Assembly: GCA_907165135.1 (NCBI GenBank)
Contig: OU015567.1
Span: forward strand, 16,058,001 to 16,122,000
DNA length: 64,000 nt
Reading direction: 5' to 3'
Origin: Oikopleura dioica
Lineage: Eukaryota > Animalia > Chordata
Shown: positions 33,450-47,300 of the stretch, one piece after another
Position numbering within the stretch: the first letter of the stretch is position 1
How the letters are laid out: each line of letters begins with the position of its first letter
Position numbers and translations under genes: made by a program
Notes under the pieces: generated by a model
Told to the model about the DNA's origin: nothing
The model's input: only the letters and a program-made list of their open reading frames with translations
The model's database searches: none

Positions 33450-34558
33450 TGGTGACCCCAACTCCTGAAGAGGTACTGTACAAGAGTCATGCGCTTTTTT
33501 CGGTTTCCCCAAATCAGATGATTAGATTAGGAATGAGAAATTTCGAATTCAATTTGATTAATTCTACAATTAAAGACAAATTACAGCGTGCAAAATGGAT
33601 TTTTGAAAAATCTCTGGCGGAAAATAAACCCGAAAACAAAGAGGACCTCGAGGCTCAATTTTCGCGCCTTTCAAGCTCTTTTGTTTATAATTCATGCGAG
33701 CCGGAATTTCTTAGGGAATACGGGGAAGATCTTTATGGATTTGAATCAGCTGAGGAAAAATTGTCTTTTTTGACGTCTGTTTTTGGCGACGAATCGCCCG
33801 AGGAAAAGATCCTTCGAAACAAAGAAAAAATGGAAAATCTCACCCGAAAGAGCGAGAACAATGAAAAATTCGAGATATTTTTGTCACGTGTTAAAACTGT
33901 CGCGGAGAAAATTACGCAGAAACCGGACGCGAGAGAATACATTATCGACGCGCAATTTAGAAAATCGCTCACGCCTGAACTGCAGAATTTTCTTCGCGAT
34001 CAGTGTATGCTTGAAAAAACACCCGAGGAAATATCCAAATTTCTTGACAAAAGAAAACGAAATGAGACTATCCCCAAAATTGCCCAAATCGAAATTGACG
34101 CGAAACTTGGCTCGTTTTTCCAGTCGACTTCCGACTTAATTTCAAAATCGACAATGTCCTTTGAGGATCAAATTTCTCAATTGAAAATTGAACAGAAAAA
34201 ATCAGAAGAGGCGGCGGAAAAACGGGCGAGTGCGCTTCATGATCAAATTGAAAAACTAACGGCAACAATTGCAAAATTAGAAGTTGATCGCCGCAACGAT
34301 CAGAGTTTGACGCGTCAAAATAACCAGCAACGGAATTTTCAAAGTCGAAATTTGGGCGCGCCAAACCCGGATCGGCCAAGGCCTCGACGATTTTGTGGAT
34401 TTTGTAACACAGACACTCATTTTAGATCGCATTGCCCCTTTATTACCTGTCATTTTTGTCAGAAAAAAGGCCACATGAAAACAGCTTGCCCCGATAATCC
34501 CGATAGAATTTACAGAGCTGCTCGGGTCGAGGGAGAAGAAACTTCAAAAAACGAGTAA
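33449..34558 (+). CDS. gag: A2b Gag, intact
   Basis: Same protein as 22347-23456. Confidence 0.92.
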   Translation: MVTPTPEEVLYKSHALFSVSPNQMIRLGMRNFEFNLINSTIKDKLQRAKWIFEKSLAENKPENKEDLEAQFSRLSSSFVYNSCEPEFLREYGEDLYGFESAEEKLSFLTSVFGDESPEEKILRNKEKMENLTRKSENNEKFEIFLSRVKTVAEKITQKPDAREYIIDAQFRKSLTPELQNFLRDQCMLEKTPEEISKFLDKRKRNETIPKIAQIEIDAKLGSFFQSTSDLISKSTMSFEDQISQLKIEQKKSEEAAEKRASALHDQIEKLTATIAKLEVDRRNDQSLTRQNNQQRNFQSRNLGAPNPDRPRPRRFCGFCNTDTHFRSHCPFITCHFCQKKGHMKTACPDNPDRIYRAARVEGEETSKNE

Positions 34559-37500
34559 ATGGAACTGAAAGCCCTGGTCAGGCACCAGTTCCAAGGACTT
34601 GTTCAATTTTTCGCATTGGATTACAATATTTTGTAGAAATGACAGTTTTTTCAAAAAAAATAAAAATGCTCGTCGATTCTGGCTCCCAACTTAACCTTTT
34701 GCCCAAATCATTTATTCCCGATAATGTTAAAATTCAAGCCCCTGATATTTTTGCTAAAAATTACGGTGGAGGAAGTATTGAAATTCTTGGTTTTGTCGAA
34801 TGTGATTTTCATGTTAAAACGGAAAAATGGGGTAAATCGCGATTTTATATTGTAAATGACAATTGTCAGGCAATTCTCGGTTCGGAAGCACTTAAATCTA
34901 ATGAAATTATTATCAATCTTCATCGAAATCGTCTAGTTAAATCTGGTCCTATAGAGCGAATGGCGAATTTATGTAATAATGCATCAAAAAGCCCAACAGT
35001 TAATAACATTGAGCAAGACAGTTTTTATGCCGTTTCTGAGCAAACTTACACATTTCGAGGCAAAAGTGAGCAAATTATCGATTTAAAAATTCCTCATTTG
35101 AACAGATCAATGAATCTTTTTTTAGAAGAAAGCCAGCTTAAAAATTCGAAGCTAGAGTTAATAGAATCATTCCAGAGAGTTGATCCCGAGAATCCATTCT
35201 TTCGTATTCTTGTTATAAATCCCCTGAATTCTACAGTTAAAATTCCTGCTGGCACGGCCTTTGCAAAACTAGCGGAAATAGCTGAGATCGCCCAAATCAA
35301 GCCCTCAAAAAAAGATCTTAATTTTCTTCTTTCGCGGTTAAAAATAGGCAATATATCGAAAAAGAATAAGCCGGTACTTTTTGGTCTTCTTGCTATATAC
35401 ACCCATTTATTTCAAGACGAGGACGACAATTTGCCTGTTTCGAACCTTGAAAAATTTTCGATTGAACTAGAGACTGATCGCCCGATTTGTAGCAATATGT
35501 ACAGAACGCCATATGCCTTGCGGGGAATAATGACCGGTACTACTACCTCCTACCTTGGGCAAGACATGATAATGCGAATTAATTCACCCTATAATAGCCC
35601 CGCGTTACTCGTAAGGAAAAAGAATGGTACATTCAGATTATGTATTGATTACAGGAAATTAAATTCGTTTACGCTCCAGCAGCATCATCCGTTGCAACAA
35701 ATTGAAGACGTTTTAGGGTATTTAGAAAATAGCATTATTTTTTCTTGTGTTGATTTGCGAAAAGGATTTCATCAGTGCCTCGTAGATGAGAAATCGCGAG
35801 AAAAACTAGCTTTTTCGACTGAAGACGGACAATTTACTTGGAAAAGGCTTCCAATGGGTCTCAAAAATGCCCCTATTCATTTCGCAAAATGCATGGATGT
35901 TATTTTACGAGACACGCCGAAAACTCAAATTTGCGCTTATCTTGACGATTTAGTGGTCCATTCAAGAACGGAAGAAGAACATTTAGCCAATTTACGTAAA
36001 TTATTTCAAATTTTAGACCAAAATAATTTACGGATTAACATCGACAAAGCGAGTTTTTTTGAGCGAAAAGCATGCATTTTGGGTTTTGAAATTTTTGAAG
36101 GGAGAATACGGCCATCACAGGACAAGATCGAAGCGGTTAAAAATCTGTCTATTCCGAGAAACCGTGAGGAGGCACAATCACTTTTCGGACTTCTTTCGCA
36201 GCACAGAAAATTTATTAAAAATTTTGCACCCCTGGGAGTAGAAATTTCAAAAACGTACAGAGGGTCATTTTGTTGGACAAAAGAGGCGACGATTTCACTC
36301 GAAAAGCTCAAAAGTATCATCTGCCATAACGCTCTTGAGCTCAAAATCCCCCCACTAAATGACGGTGTTTTCGTACTCGAGACAGACGCATCTAATCATA
36401 GTTTTGGTGGAGTTCTTTATCTTTGCGCGGAGCGAAATAAAAATCACCATCATTCTCATAATTGCCTACAACCGATAGCTTACCACTCGCTTAATTTTAC
36501 GCCGGCACAACAGAAATACGGGACATTGGAAAAAGAACTTTATAGTGGGAAGACATGTATGGAACGATGGAGGGCTTATCTTGCTTATGTCGATTTTCTT
36601 TGGATTACTGATAACTCTTGTGTTAAATACGCTCAATCCTTCAAGACAAATAATTTAAAAATTCAAAGATGGCTTACGGAGCTTCAGGGCTTTTCATTTC
36701 GAATTGAACAGAGGAAAACTCATCAAATGAAAATAAGTGATTGCCTTAGTCGTAATACATTAAATTGTTCGATCAATCAAATAAAATTTACCCCTGAATC
36801 ATTCGTAGAGTTTCAAAAATCTGACCCAGTATTATCACAAGTTAGACGTTTCGTTAGTATTGATAGATGGCCAAATAACCCACCAAGCGAGCTTTACCCA
36901 TTCCTTTTACGTAGACCTGACCTTGAAATCCTTGGGTCTGGTGAGCTAGCTATAAATTCTCCAGCCTATCAAAAAAGATTTTGCGTCCCCGAGGCATTGA
37001 CAGAGACAATTTGCAGCGAATATCATGATCACTCTCATTTCGGAGTCGATATTACAACCGAAAAAATTTCTAGAAAGTATTTTTGGCCGGGATTAAAAAA
37101 TACAGTCGCGAGCTTTCTAAAATCATGTCACAAATGTCAAATTTCAAAACCAAATCTACAGCCTAACAAACCTCCTTTAGGCAAATCTGAAACACCAAGC
37201 AGCCCTTTTGAAAGTTTGTACTTTGATTTAATTGGCCCACTTCAAGAAACTGATTTTGGTCATAAATATATAATGGTGGTTATTGACGGTTTTAGCAAAA
37301 AAAGTTTACGCGGAGCCCCTATCGTGCAAAAAATCGGATTATTTACTGCAAAAATTCCGGAGCGTATTATTTAGAAATCCAAAATTTCCAAAATATATGG
37401 TTTTAGATAACGCGAAGGAACACGTTCTGATTGAAAAATTTTTGAAAGAAAATAAAATTGGTGTACATTATATTCCCCCGCGTCATCCCCAATCTAACGG

Positions 37501-39014
37501 GCAAGTTGAAAACGTCAATAGAACCATAAAAGCCAGGCTCAGGGCTCGTTCAAATTGGGTGAATTGGGATATTTTTCTGTTTGAAATTGTTCACGAAATA
37601 AACAGTAGTTTACACACAGTACTCGGAACAACCCCATTTTGTGTAGAAACTGGTATAAAAAGCAGTCATCATTTTCAAGACCCTTATTGGCGAACATACG
37701 GAGATAAAATCGACGTAGACTTTGAGAAAATTCGTGCGAAAATTGAACAAGAAAAGCAAAAAAAGAATGACCAAATTTGAAAATCCCCGTTTCAAAGAAT
37801 ACAATTTAGGCGATAAAGTTCTTATTAAAAATTTCCGCGAAAAATTTCCTCCGTTTTTAGGTCCTTATGAAGTGACGTTTAAATCCCCGAGTGGTCTGTG
37901 GTACGCTGTTAAAAATGATAAGGACGAATTTAGGCGACATGCGGAACATATGAAAAGTTATTCTCAGCGAAATTCAATTTTAGAGACGAATAATGATGTT
38001 GAAAAATACTCCAAGATTGTGACAAAGCCACAAGAGAACGATCTCGAGTTTTTTGAATTTTTTTCCGAAAACTGTCTTTTTTCGAAGGATTCCCTCGGCC
38101 GGTTTGCTGAAAATTCCCCCACAGAAAAAGAATCGGAAAAAGCGCATGAACCTTTCTCCTCCGAAAGGTCAGATCAGTCTTTACAATCGGAACCTTATCG
38201 GGAGCGGTCTAGTTCTTCTTCAGAACCAGAAAATTTTTCATCCTCATCGACTCTTTTGATAGAAATGCCAGTACCGAATATAAATGGTAATCAAGAACGT
38301 GATTTGAATCAAGTAGGAAATGGATCAGACATTGTGCTTGATTCCGAGAAATCAAGTTCTGATTCTGAGCTCTCTGTTAATTTGACATCGTACGATAAAT
38401 TGCCCGAAATTGATCCGCTAGTTGCTTTAAAACGTAGAAGGGAAAGATCTGATGATTCCGTTGTCGAGCGTAAAATTGCTAAATTTACAGTTGAAAATAA
38501 TTTGGAAAACATGTCAATTTTAATTAAAATGGAAAATCATGATCTTGACTTTTTCGAACATCTTAATGATAAATGGAAAAATACAGACGACATAGAGGAG
38601 ACCTATGTTGAAAATGGTATATTTATCAAACTGAACGAATTAACAAGAGACTCTCTTTTATTCATTCTTTTTAAAATGAATCAGGAATTTGATCTTGAGG
38701 AATCAAGGGCAAAACTTCAGATAAAAGTGAAGGAAACTATTCGTAGAGAATATCCGAATTGGCGTAAATCGAGAAACGAACAACTCCTTTTTTTTGCGGT
38801 CTTTAGAGTGCAAAAAGAGCGAACGTTGTACGAACTAACTGTCCCCGAGCTAAAAACTGTATGCGCATTTTATGATTTACCCTGTAAATTTCGAAACTGC
38901 TCAAAAACAATTTTACAGGCATCTATCGAAACAGAACTGCTTAAAAAATTTCCAAATCATCCAATGCGTAAAAATGTTCTTGTTTTTCTTCCGGACTTTG
39001 AAACTGAAATATAA
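34546..39014 (+). pseudogene. pol: A2b Pol, two frameshifts in A runs
   Basis: Segments 34639-37374, 37283-37780 and 37722-39014; breaks near 37300 and 37760; slippery heptamer at 34546-34552. Confidence 0.88.
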
Positions 39015-39064
39015 AAAAAGATGGGCGATAAAGATGCTCGTTTGGGACCCATGGAAGGTCACAG

Positions 39065-40270
39065 TGATATCCTTAGGGAACAACGCCTCAAGCCAAATAA
39101 AAATTTTTATTTCACGGCCAAATATTTACGCCAATTCGGTTCTACGTTAGTTTAAATTTGTCTTGTCAGCTTGGTATCACCAAATTGATCAGACATATTT
39201 GCAAAAATCATTTCACGATATTCTACTTAAAATGAAAAGATGGTCAGTTTTAACGAGCCAGATTGACCCAAAATTGTCTTATCATCATGTCATCTCCTTA
39301 CGATCTATACGTTCTATCATTGGAATGCTCATATGCTCTCATCATAATACTTTTCTAGTGCAATCTGATGTCAATTCATCCAAAAATATGCTATTTGCAA
39401 AACTGCATGTTTAATCTATTTATCGATATTTCTTATCATTGCTTTGCGATTTTTAAAGTTCGATTATTGACAGTGCATACGATTCAACTTCTACAACAAG
39501 AAAGTCGTCAACATCTTCTTCAACAACAACTACTCCAAGGAGCCGATAAACCGTCGTATCATCTCGGTGCCGTGGGGTCGGACAAACTCTATGTCAGGGC
39601 GTCCGCTTGTCGCAAATTAGCTCATCCGTAAGAGAAGATACGGTGCGAACCGCGACAGTAACTTCCCCCGGGTATGTTCCTTGGAATTTGCTTCTTCTGT
39701 GATTTCAATTTTGATAAATTCATTTTATAAAATCCTGACCAAATTTTATTCAATTTATTTGTTAAAATTTTGTATATATTCTTTTTACTTTTCTCATCCT
39801 TTTTTTATTTCAACCATAATTAACAGTCACTTCTACGGTCACATAGTGAGAAGTTTAAGTGGCTGTTATTATTTTCTGCTTTTTATTTTGAAAAAATTAA
39901 TTTGCGTTTTATCTCGTCACGCGCGGCGCCGGCTCCCGAAACCTTTGAAAATAACTTGCTTGGCAAGTTCGATCAGCTCGTCTTCCGAAAAGAAATCGAT
40001 CCGAAAGGATTTCCCGCAAGAAAAACCGCTAAAGAAAGCCACGGGCTCTCTTCCTTGTTTTCAAAAGAAAAATTGTTTTTCAAAAACAACCGCTTGTTCA
40101 AAAACACTGATCAAATCTCGCTGCTATTTAACCCCGCGTCGCGCCTTTTTCAGTCATTCAAATCACAAATAAAACCACGCAAATTTAAAATTTGATTCTC
40201 GTTATTTTGGCTTGGCATTCTAGAGTTAGAGATCGAGCAAAATTCTTGCAGGACAGCCGCTTCCGTATCA
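39065..40270 (+). repeat. A2b 3' LTR
   Basis: Direct repeat of 32242-33449. Confidence 0.95.
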
Positions 40271-40364
40271 TTTTCAGATGATTTTCAGGTCATAAAAATC
40301 AAAGAAAAAAATCAAGAAAAATTTTGAAGCGTTTTTTGGCGTTTTCAGATGATTTTTAGGTCAT
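40271..40364 (+). repeat. ~69-bp satellite, segment 4 (94 bp between two elements)
   Basis: About 1.4 monomers, in register. Confidence 0.93.
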
Positions 40365-42124
40365 TGATACGAATAGAGGAAAGAACACAAGAAAAAAATG
40401 AAAAATTGAATATCCTAGTCACATAAATATTTTCGCCAATTAGGTTGATTAGGCATGAATTTCACAGATATAATTTCCGACGATTTTCGGAGCCAAATCT
40501 CGGATGCTTGCATGAATTCATAAATCTCTATCTTTCCCTCATAACGTACGCGTTATTTCACAATTCAAAGGCACATTAGCCACCCGTTTCGGCGGTTCTT
40601 TATTTAAACTCTTTCTAGTGCTCACTACTTCTTTTGTTTAATTTATTAACTGGTTATTATTATTGATGAATCAAGCTGACTCTTCTATGTCTTCAAAACG
40701 ATGATGGCAATTCTTCTTGACGATAAAAATCAATTGGCTTTTTACTACTTCGACGGAGCTGTTGCATGAATTTCATCCTCTAGCTGAGTTCCGCTTTAAG
40801 CGGCTTGACAGTGTGACCCCGTGCTCCTCGGGATGGCGCTGTCTGTAAGTGCTCCTAGGTAGGCAATATTGATTGAACACCTTTCTGGCTCGCTTTAGGA
40901 AAGCTGACCACTCTCCTCAAACCGACAGAATTGCAGCTTCAACAATGGCGGCGACTTCTCTGACAACAACGACGACTACGCAATGGACTGACAACGATTA
41001 TTGGAACTGGCTTTGGAAAAGTATTGATAAAAATTCATTAAATTCTATCAAAAAAGGGATACGGCCACATAGTGGGAAGTTGAACTTTTTTGATATGATT
41101 TATTTCTTGCGATAAAATTTGAGCGCACGTGGCTGTTGGACCGAAATCGAAATCAACGAAGAAAAACAAATGCGCGAAAGCGCTGCACCTTATTTGGAAA
41201 GAAAAACATCGGCGCGAAATGCGCTGCGCCTTATTTGGAAAGAATAGCACCTGCGCGAAACGCGAAATTAAAATTTGAAAATTTGAAAAATCACTCTCTC
41301 CATACTCAAAATAATACAGCCACGTTTTGAAATTTTGGCGTCATTCTTTGCAAGATTCTAGCTTAGAGAGCATTTGAGCAGCAAAACGGTATCATGGTGA
41401 ACACGCAAGACTCCAACTTCAAGGTAAATAAAATGCCCGAAGAATTACTTTTGCCACTTTTCCTTCCCTCAATTCTCGTCAATTTTTCGGCCTAATATGC
41501 TGTCGTATGAATTTACAATTTCTAAGAATAATTTGAGCGACAAAATATCCGCGATGCGAAAATTTTCGACAAAAGTATTAAGGATCACAATCGAGAGTCT
41601 GACCGTAATAATTTAGAAAAAGCTTTTGACAGACAAGTCGTAGACTGCATTCGCAATAATTGCTCACACGAATTTATGAATAATTATGGGCGGGAAATGG
41701 CAAATTTCGAAAATATGGATGAAGTTTTTGATTTTCTGGAATCTGTTTTCGGAAGTGAGTCTGAGGATGAAAAGCGAGAGCGGGCGGGAGTCGAACTCGA
41801 AAATCTTTGTCGAAGATCGGAAATGAATGAGAAGTTTTCGTCATTTTTGACAAGAATTAAAACCGTCAAGAGCTTATTTCTGATAAACAAGATGCAAGAG
41901 ACTTTATTATTAATGCTCACTTTATGAAAAGCCTTGAGCCAGCGAACAAGTCGTTTTTACGTGATCATGGTGTCAGTAAAAAGAGTGCTCAGGAAATTGC
42001 CACATTTTTGGACTCACGGGAGCGGTTTTTGAGTGTGAATGTTTCCTCGATCGAGTCAGCAAATCTTGCGTCCTTTGTTGATCGAACGAGCGAACTTTTG
42101 GATTCAAAATTGACTCAGATGGAG
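40365..42124 (+). mobile_element. 3'-truncated B1 element: 5' LTR (40365-41394) plus partial gag
   Basis: Reverse complement of 49270-51023 apart from small indels; gag breaks after ...CAGATGGAG and joins satellite with no second LTR or TSD. Confidence 0.93.
41394..42124 (+). pseudogene. gag: Truncated, frameshifted B1 gag
   Basis: ATG GTG AAC ACG at 41394; several 1-bp indels relative to the 49996 copy. Confidence 0.88.
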
Positions 42125-43270
42125 GCAATAAAAATCAAAAAAAAAAATCAAGGAAAATTCTGATGCGTTTTTTGGCGTTTTCAGATGATTTTCAGAACAT
42201 AAAAATCAAATAAAAAAATCAAGAAAAATTCTGATGCGTTTTTTGGCGTTTTCAAATGATTTTCAGGACATAAAAATCAAAAAAATCAAGAAAAATTCTG
42301 ATGCGTTTTTGGCGTTTTCAGATGATTTTAAGGCCATAAAAATCAAAAAAAAATCAAGGAAAATTCTGATGCGTTTTTTGGCGTTTTCAGATGATTTTCA
42401 GGTCATTAAAATCAAAAAAAAATCAAGAAAAATTCTAATGCGTTTTTTGGCGTTTTAAGATGATTATTAATTCATAAATTTCAAAAAAAATCAAGAAAAA
42501 TTCTGATGCGTTTTTTGGCGTTTTCAGATGATTTTAAGGTCATAAAAATCAAAGAAAAAAATCAAGAAAAATTTTTAAGCGTTTTTTGGCGTTTTCAGAT
42601 GATTTTCAATGCATAAAAATCAAAAAAAAATATCAAGAAATATTCTGATGCGTTTTTTGTCGTTTTCAGATGATTTTCAGTTCAAAAAAATCATAAAAAA
42701 AATCAAGAAAAATTCTGATGCATTTTTTGGCGTTTTCAAGTTATTTTCTGGTCATAAAAATCATAAAAAAATCAAGAATAATTCTGATGCGTTTTTTGGC
42801 GTTTTCAGATGATTTTCAGTTCATTAAAACCAAAAAAAAACTAAAAAATTCTGATGCGTTTTTTGGCGTTTTCAGATGATTTTCAGGCCATAAAAATCAA
42901 AAAAAAAAAATCAAGGAAAATTCTGATGCGTTTTTGGCGTTTTCAGATGATTTTTAGAACATAAAAATCAAAAAATCAAGAAAAATTCTGATGCGTTTTT
43001 GGCATTTTCCGATGATTTTCAGGTCATTAAAATCATAAAAAAAATCAAGAAAAATTCTGATGCGTTTTTTGGCGTTTTCAGATGATTTTCAGGTCAATAA
43101 AATCATAAAAAAAAATCAAGAAAAATTCTGATGCGTTTTTTGGCGTTTGCAGATGATATAAAGGTCATAAAAATCAAAAAAAAATCAAGGAAAATTCTGA
43201 TGCGTTTTTTGGCGTTTTCAGATGATTTTCAGGTCATAAAAATCAAAAAAAAATCAAGAAAAATTCTGAT
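42125..43270 (+). repeat. ~69-bp satellite array, segment 5
   Basis: Same monomer. Confidence 0.97.
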
Positions 43271-44298
43271 TGATACCGTTTTGCTGCTCAAATGCTCTCT
43301 AAGCTAGAATCTTGCAAAGAATGACGCCAAAATTTCAAAACGTGGCTGTATTATTTTGAGTATGGAGAGAGTGATTTTTCAAATTTTCAAATTTTAATTT
43401 CGCGTTTCGCGCAGGTGCTATTCTTTCCAAATAAGGCGCAGCGCATTTCGCGCCGATGTTTTTCTTTCCAAATAAGGTGCAGCGCTTTCGCGCATTTGTT
43501 TTTCTTCGTTGATTTCGATTTCGGTCCAACAGCCACGTGCGCTCAAATTTTATCGCAAGAAATAAATCATATCAAAAAGTTCAACTTCCCACTATGTGGC
43601 CGTATCCCTTTTTGATAGAATTTAATGAATTTTTATCAATACTTTTCCAAAGCCAGTTCCAATAATCGTTGTCAGTCCATTGCGTAGTCGTCGTTGTTGT
43701 CAGAGAAGTCGCCGCCATTGTTGAAGCTGCAATTCTGTCGGTTTGAGGAGAGTGGTCAGCTTTCCTAAAGCGAGCCAGAAAGGTGTTCAATCAATATTGC
43801 CTACCTAGGAGCACTTACAGACAGCGCCATCCCGAGGAGCACGGGGTCACACTGTCAAGCCGCTTTAAGCGGAACTCAGCTAGAGGATGAAATTCATGCA
43901 ACAGCTCCGTCGAAGTAGTAAAAAGCCAATTGATTTTTATCGTCAAGAAGAATTGCCATCATCGTTTTGAAGACATAGAAGAGTCAGCTTGATTCATCAA
44001 TAATAATTACCAGTTAATAAATTAAACAAAAGAAGTAGTGAGCACTAGAAAGAGTTTAAATAAAGAACCGCCGAAACGGGTGGCTAATGTGCCTTTGAAT
44101 TGTGAAATAACGCGTACGTTATGAGGGAAAGATAGAGATTTATGAATTCATGCAAGCATCCGAGATTTGGCTCCGAAAATCGTCGGAAATTATATCTGTG
44201 AAATTCATGCCTAATCAACCTAATTGGCGAAAATATTTATGTGACTGGGATATTCAATTTTTCATTTTTTTCTTGTGTTCTTTTTTCTATTCGTATCA
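43271..44298 (-). repeat. B1 3' LTR
   Basis: About three differences from the 5' LTR seen by eye. Confidence 0.95.
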
Positions 44299-44360
44299 GT
44301 ATGACCCGTCATGGGTATCTTTTTCTCGGAGCATCTTTTTAGGAAAAAACAAATTGAATA

Positions 44361-47300
44361 TTAGATTTTTGGTCCGAATATGAGATCATTGTTCTTTTTT
44401 GGATGATTCGGATAAAATTTTTCAAAAGCAGAATTAATAAATAAAATCATTTCTGACTTATTTTGTAAAACACATTTTGGCAGGTTATACTCAGCAATAA
44501 GAACTTTCAATTCAGGTTTTTTTAAATCATAAAGAGTTTTTTCCTTTTTCAAATTTAAAATTGAAAAGAAAAGTAACTCTCCGCATGCATTTTTTCGCCA
44601 ATTAGGGTGATTTTTCCAAATATACTCTCTTATTTTAATTCTTAGATCTGATATCGTTTCCGTTGTCAAATATTGAACATCAAACTTATGCAAAATAAAT
44701 CTTAGAGCTTCTTTTGTTAATTCACCCAACTTCAAAATACACCCATTTTCAATTGCCATATCCTCTTTCAATTCCTCAATTCTCGATTCAATTCTCTGGA
44801 AAAAACTTTCATGCTCGTTTTCAAATTTGAATGCAATCGAAGTATCAAAATTTTCACAAATCATTTCCGAAATATTATTTGACTCTTCGTCAGAGCTTTC
44901 TTCCGGGTCTAAATTTGGTATTTTAGAGCAAGGAATGGAATCTTTCGATGATTCTCTCTCGCGTTTCCGATTTGCCGAAATATCTAATTTATCGTAAGAA
45001 ATAAGGGGCTCTTGACATTCAGTTGTTATATTTTCATGGACCGTTTCCGTTTCAATTGTAGATAATTCCTCGTCTACCGTAACTTCCCAATGAGAATTCT
45101 CTTCAATTTCCCACTCCGAATCCGATAAAATAAGGGAACCAGGGACCGGAAAATCGTCAGGTTTAGGAATCGTTTCAATATTTTGCGTACTATCGGGCTC
45201 TATAAAACTCTGCTCATTCTCGATTATTGATACACAAGAACTTTCCTCAGAGGAAGATTCCATAGATTCAAGTGTATCAACAATCAAGTCTGAAAAAATA
45301 TTCTCTAAAACAATATCAATTAATGAGTTAGCTATATTGCCCATTTTTTCCTCTACTTCATTTTCCTTCGTAGAGATAGGAGGACAAGAAAAAACACCAC
45401 TTGAAAAACTTTCTCGCTCAAAAACATTGTCTTTTTGAAAGGTCGAAAAATCGCCTTGTACATCTGGGAGTTTGACCGAGAGCTCTAGATCTTCTGAATG
45501 CTCCTTTCGCGCATTAAATCTTTTCAAATGATCAGCGTGTCGCCTAAATTCTTTATCATCAGAAACGACCGTATACCAAGTTCCCTCTTTCGATTTATTT
45601 TTTATCTTATAAGGGCCCAGAAAAGCTGGTTTTTTCGCGTCAAAATTTTTGATAAGAACCATGTCACCGATTTGATAAGGCAAAAATTTTGGGTTCGAAA
45701 ATCTCTCAAGCCTATTTTAGTTTTCATCTTCAATCAATTTCTTAATTTGTTGAAAATCAATATCAGTTTTTTCGAAAGAAGCCCTAAAATTTGGATCGAA
45801 AATATCGTGAGCGTTTTTTTACACCCATCTGAAGGGAATAAGGGGGGGTTTTAGTGACTGAATGCTCGCTTGAATTAAGATCATGAACAACTTCTTGAAG
45901 ATACTGATCCCAATTCACTAGCCCACAACGCGCACGTAATCTACTCTTAAGGGTTCGATTATAATTTTCCACTTGCCCATTTGAAGAAGGATGTCTTGGC
46001 GGAGTAAAATGAGGGTCTATATGGTTTTCTTTCATAAATTTCTCAATTTCAGAATGCTCTCTAGCATTGTCAAGCACAACAATTTTCGGATAAATTGGAT
46101 TTTTAAAAATAACACTTTTAAATTTTTCAAGTAGATATTTAGAATTACGAGATTTTAGAGGTTCACAATATCCAAATTTTGAGAAAAAATCAATCATAAC
46201 CATTACATATTTATTTCCATGATCAGTTGGAGGTAACGTGATCAGATCGAATCCAAAAACTTCAAAGGGTCCATCTGGTGTTTTAAAGGTCAAAACCGGC
46301 GCTTTATTGGGATGAAAATTAGGTTTATCTTTTTGACAATAGGAACAAGTTCTTATAAATTCTCTTATTGCTTGGCGCATTCTAGGCCATATATACTTGA
46401 CGGATATTTTCGAAAAAACTTGATCAATTCCAGAATGGCAGTATTCATGGTAATTTTTAATAAGCTCATTTTCTAAACTTTTCGGGACTAAAATCCGTCT
46501 ATTCCCTGAATCATTGAAATAAATAATTTGATCATTCTCCGAAATAACTAAATTTTCTCTCAAAAGCCAATAAAATGTTATATCGCCTGATGGATTGTTA
46601 GGCCATCTATCTATTGTCAAAAATTTTCTTATCTCGGTTAAAAGAGGATCAAGAATCTGAAGCTCGCCAAATTGTTTCTGAGTAATTTTAATCGAGTTAA
46701 TAAGAGGCTGATTTTGAATTGAAGTTTGTCTACTTAAACAATCACTTATCTGCATTTTCGACGAGGGTTTTTGAATTGTTCTAAAATTAAATCCCTGGAT
46801 CTCCGTTATCCATCTCGTGATTTTTTGGTTATAGGTTCTAAGTGTTCGAACATACTTTATGTTTGAATTATCCGTTATCCAATCAAAACTATTGTAAGAA
46901 AGATATATTGACCATTTCATCATGCATTGTTTGGCGGAAAATAATTCTTTTTCTATAATCGTGTATCGTGATTGGGTTTCATTAAAATTACCGCTGTTAT
47001 AGCCTACAGGGATCAAACACTCACTAGAATGGTGATGAGAAATATCTCTACAATTTTTTTCACAAATATAGAGAACCCCACCGTATGCATTATTCGACGC
47101 GTCCGTTTCTAAAACGAAAAGCCCATTATCTACTGGGGGTATTTTGAGCTTCATTGCGTTATCACATATTATATTTTGAAGCTTGCTAAATGCTCTAGAA
47201 GCCTCATCTGTCCATTTAAATCCGTTTCTCCAAGTCTTTGTAATTGGTAACGCTATTGCCGCAAAATTTTTAATAAATCTACGGTGAAAATTTAAAAGTC

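Larger units (their letters stand above)
32242..40270 (+). mobile_element. Full-length Ty3/gypsy LTR retrotransposon, subfamily A2 copy b
   Basis: LTRs 32242-33449 and 39065-40270; TSD TTTTC (32237-41 and 40271-75); nearly identical to copy a but at a different target site. Confidence 0.97.

Noticed and set aside
21140-40270. A2a and A2b as a segmental tandem duplication
   Set aside because: Target sites and TSDs differ (TAAAT vs TTTTC), so they are separate insertions.
40777-40863. LTR structure as a hammerhead, HDV-like or twister ribozyme
   Set aside because: No CUGANGA/GAAA core. The HDV-like TCCTCG in B1 becomes ACCGCG in B2 and pairs otherwise. No twister pseudoknot fit by eye. Kept as an unclassified structured RNA.
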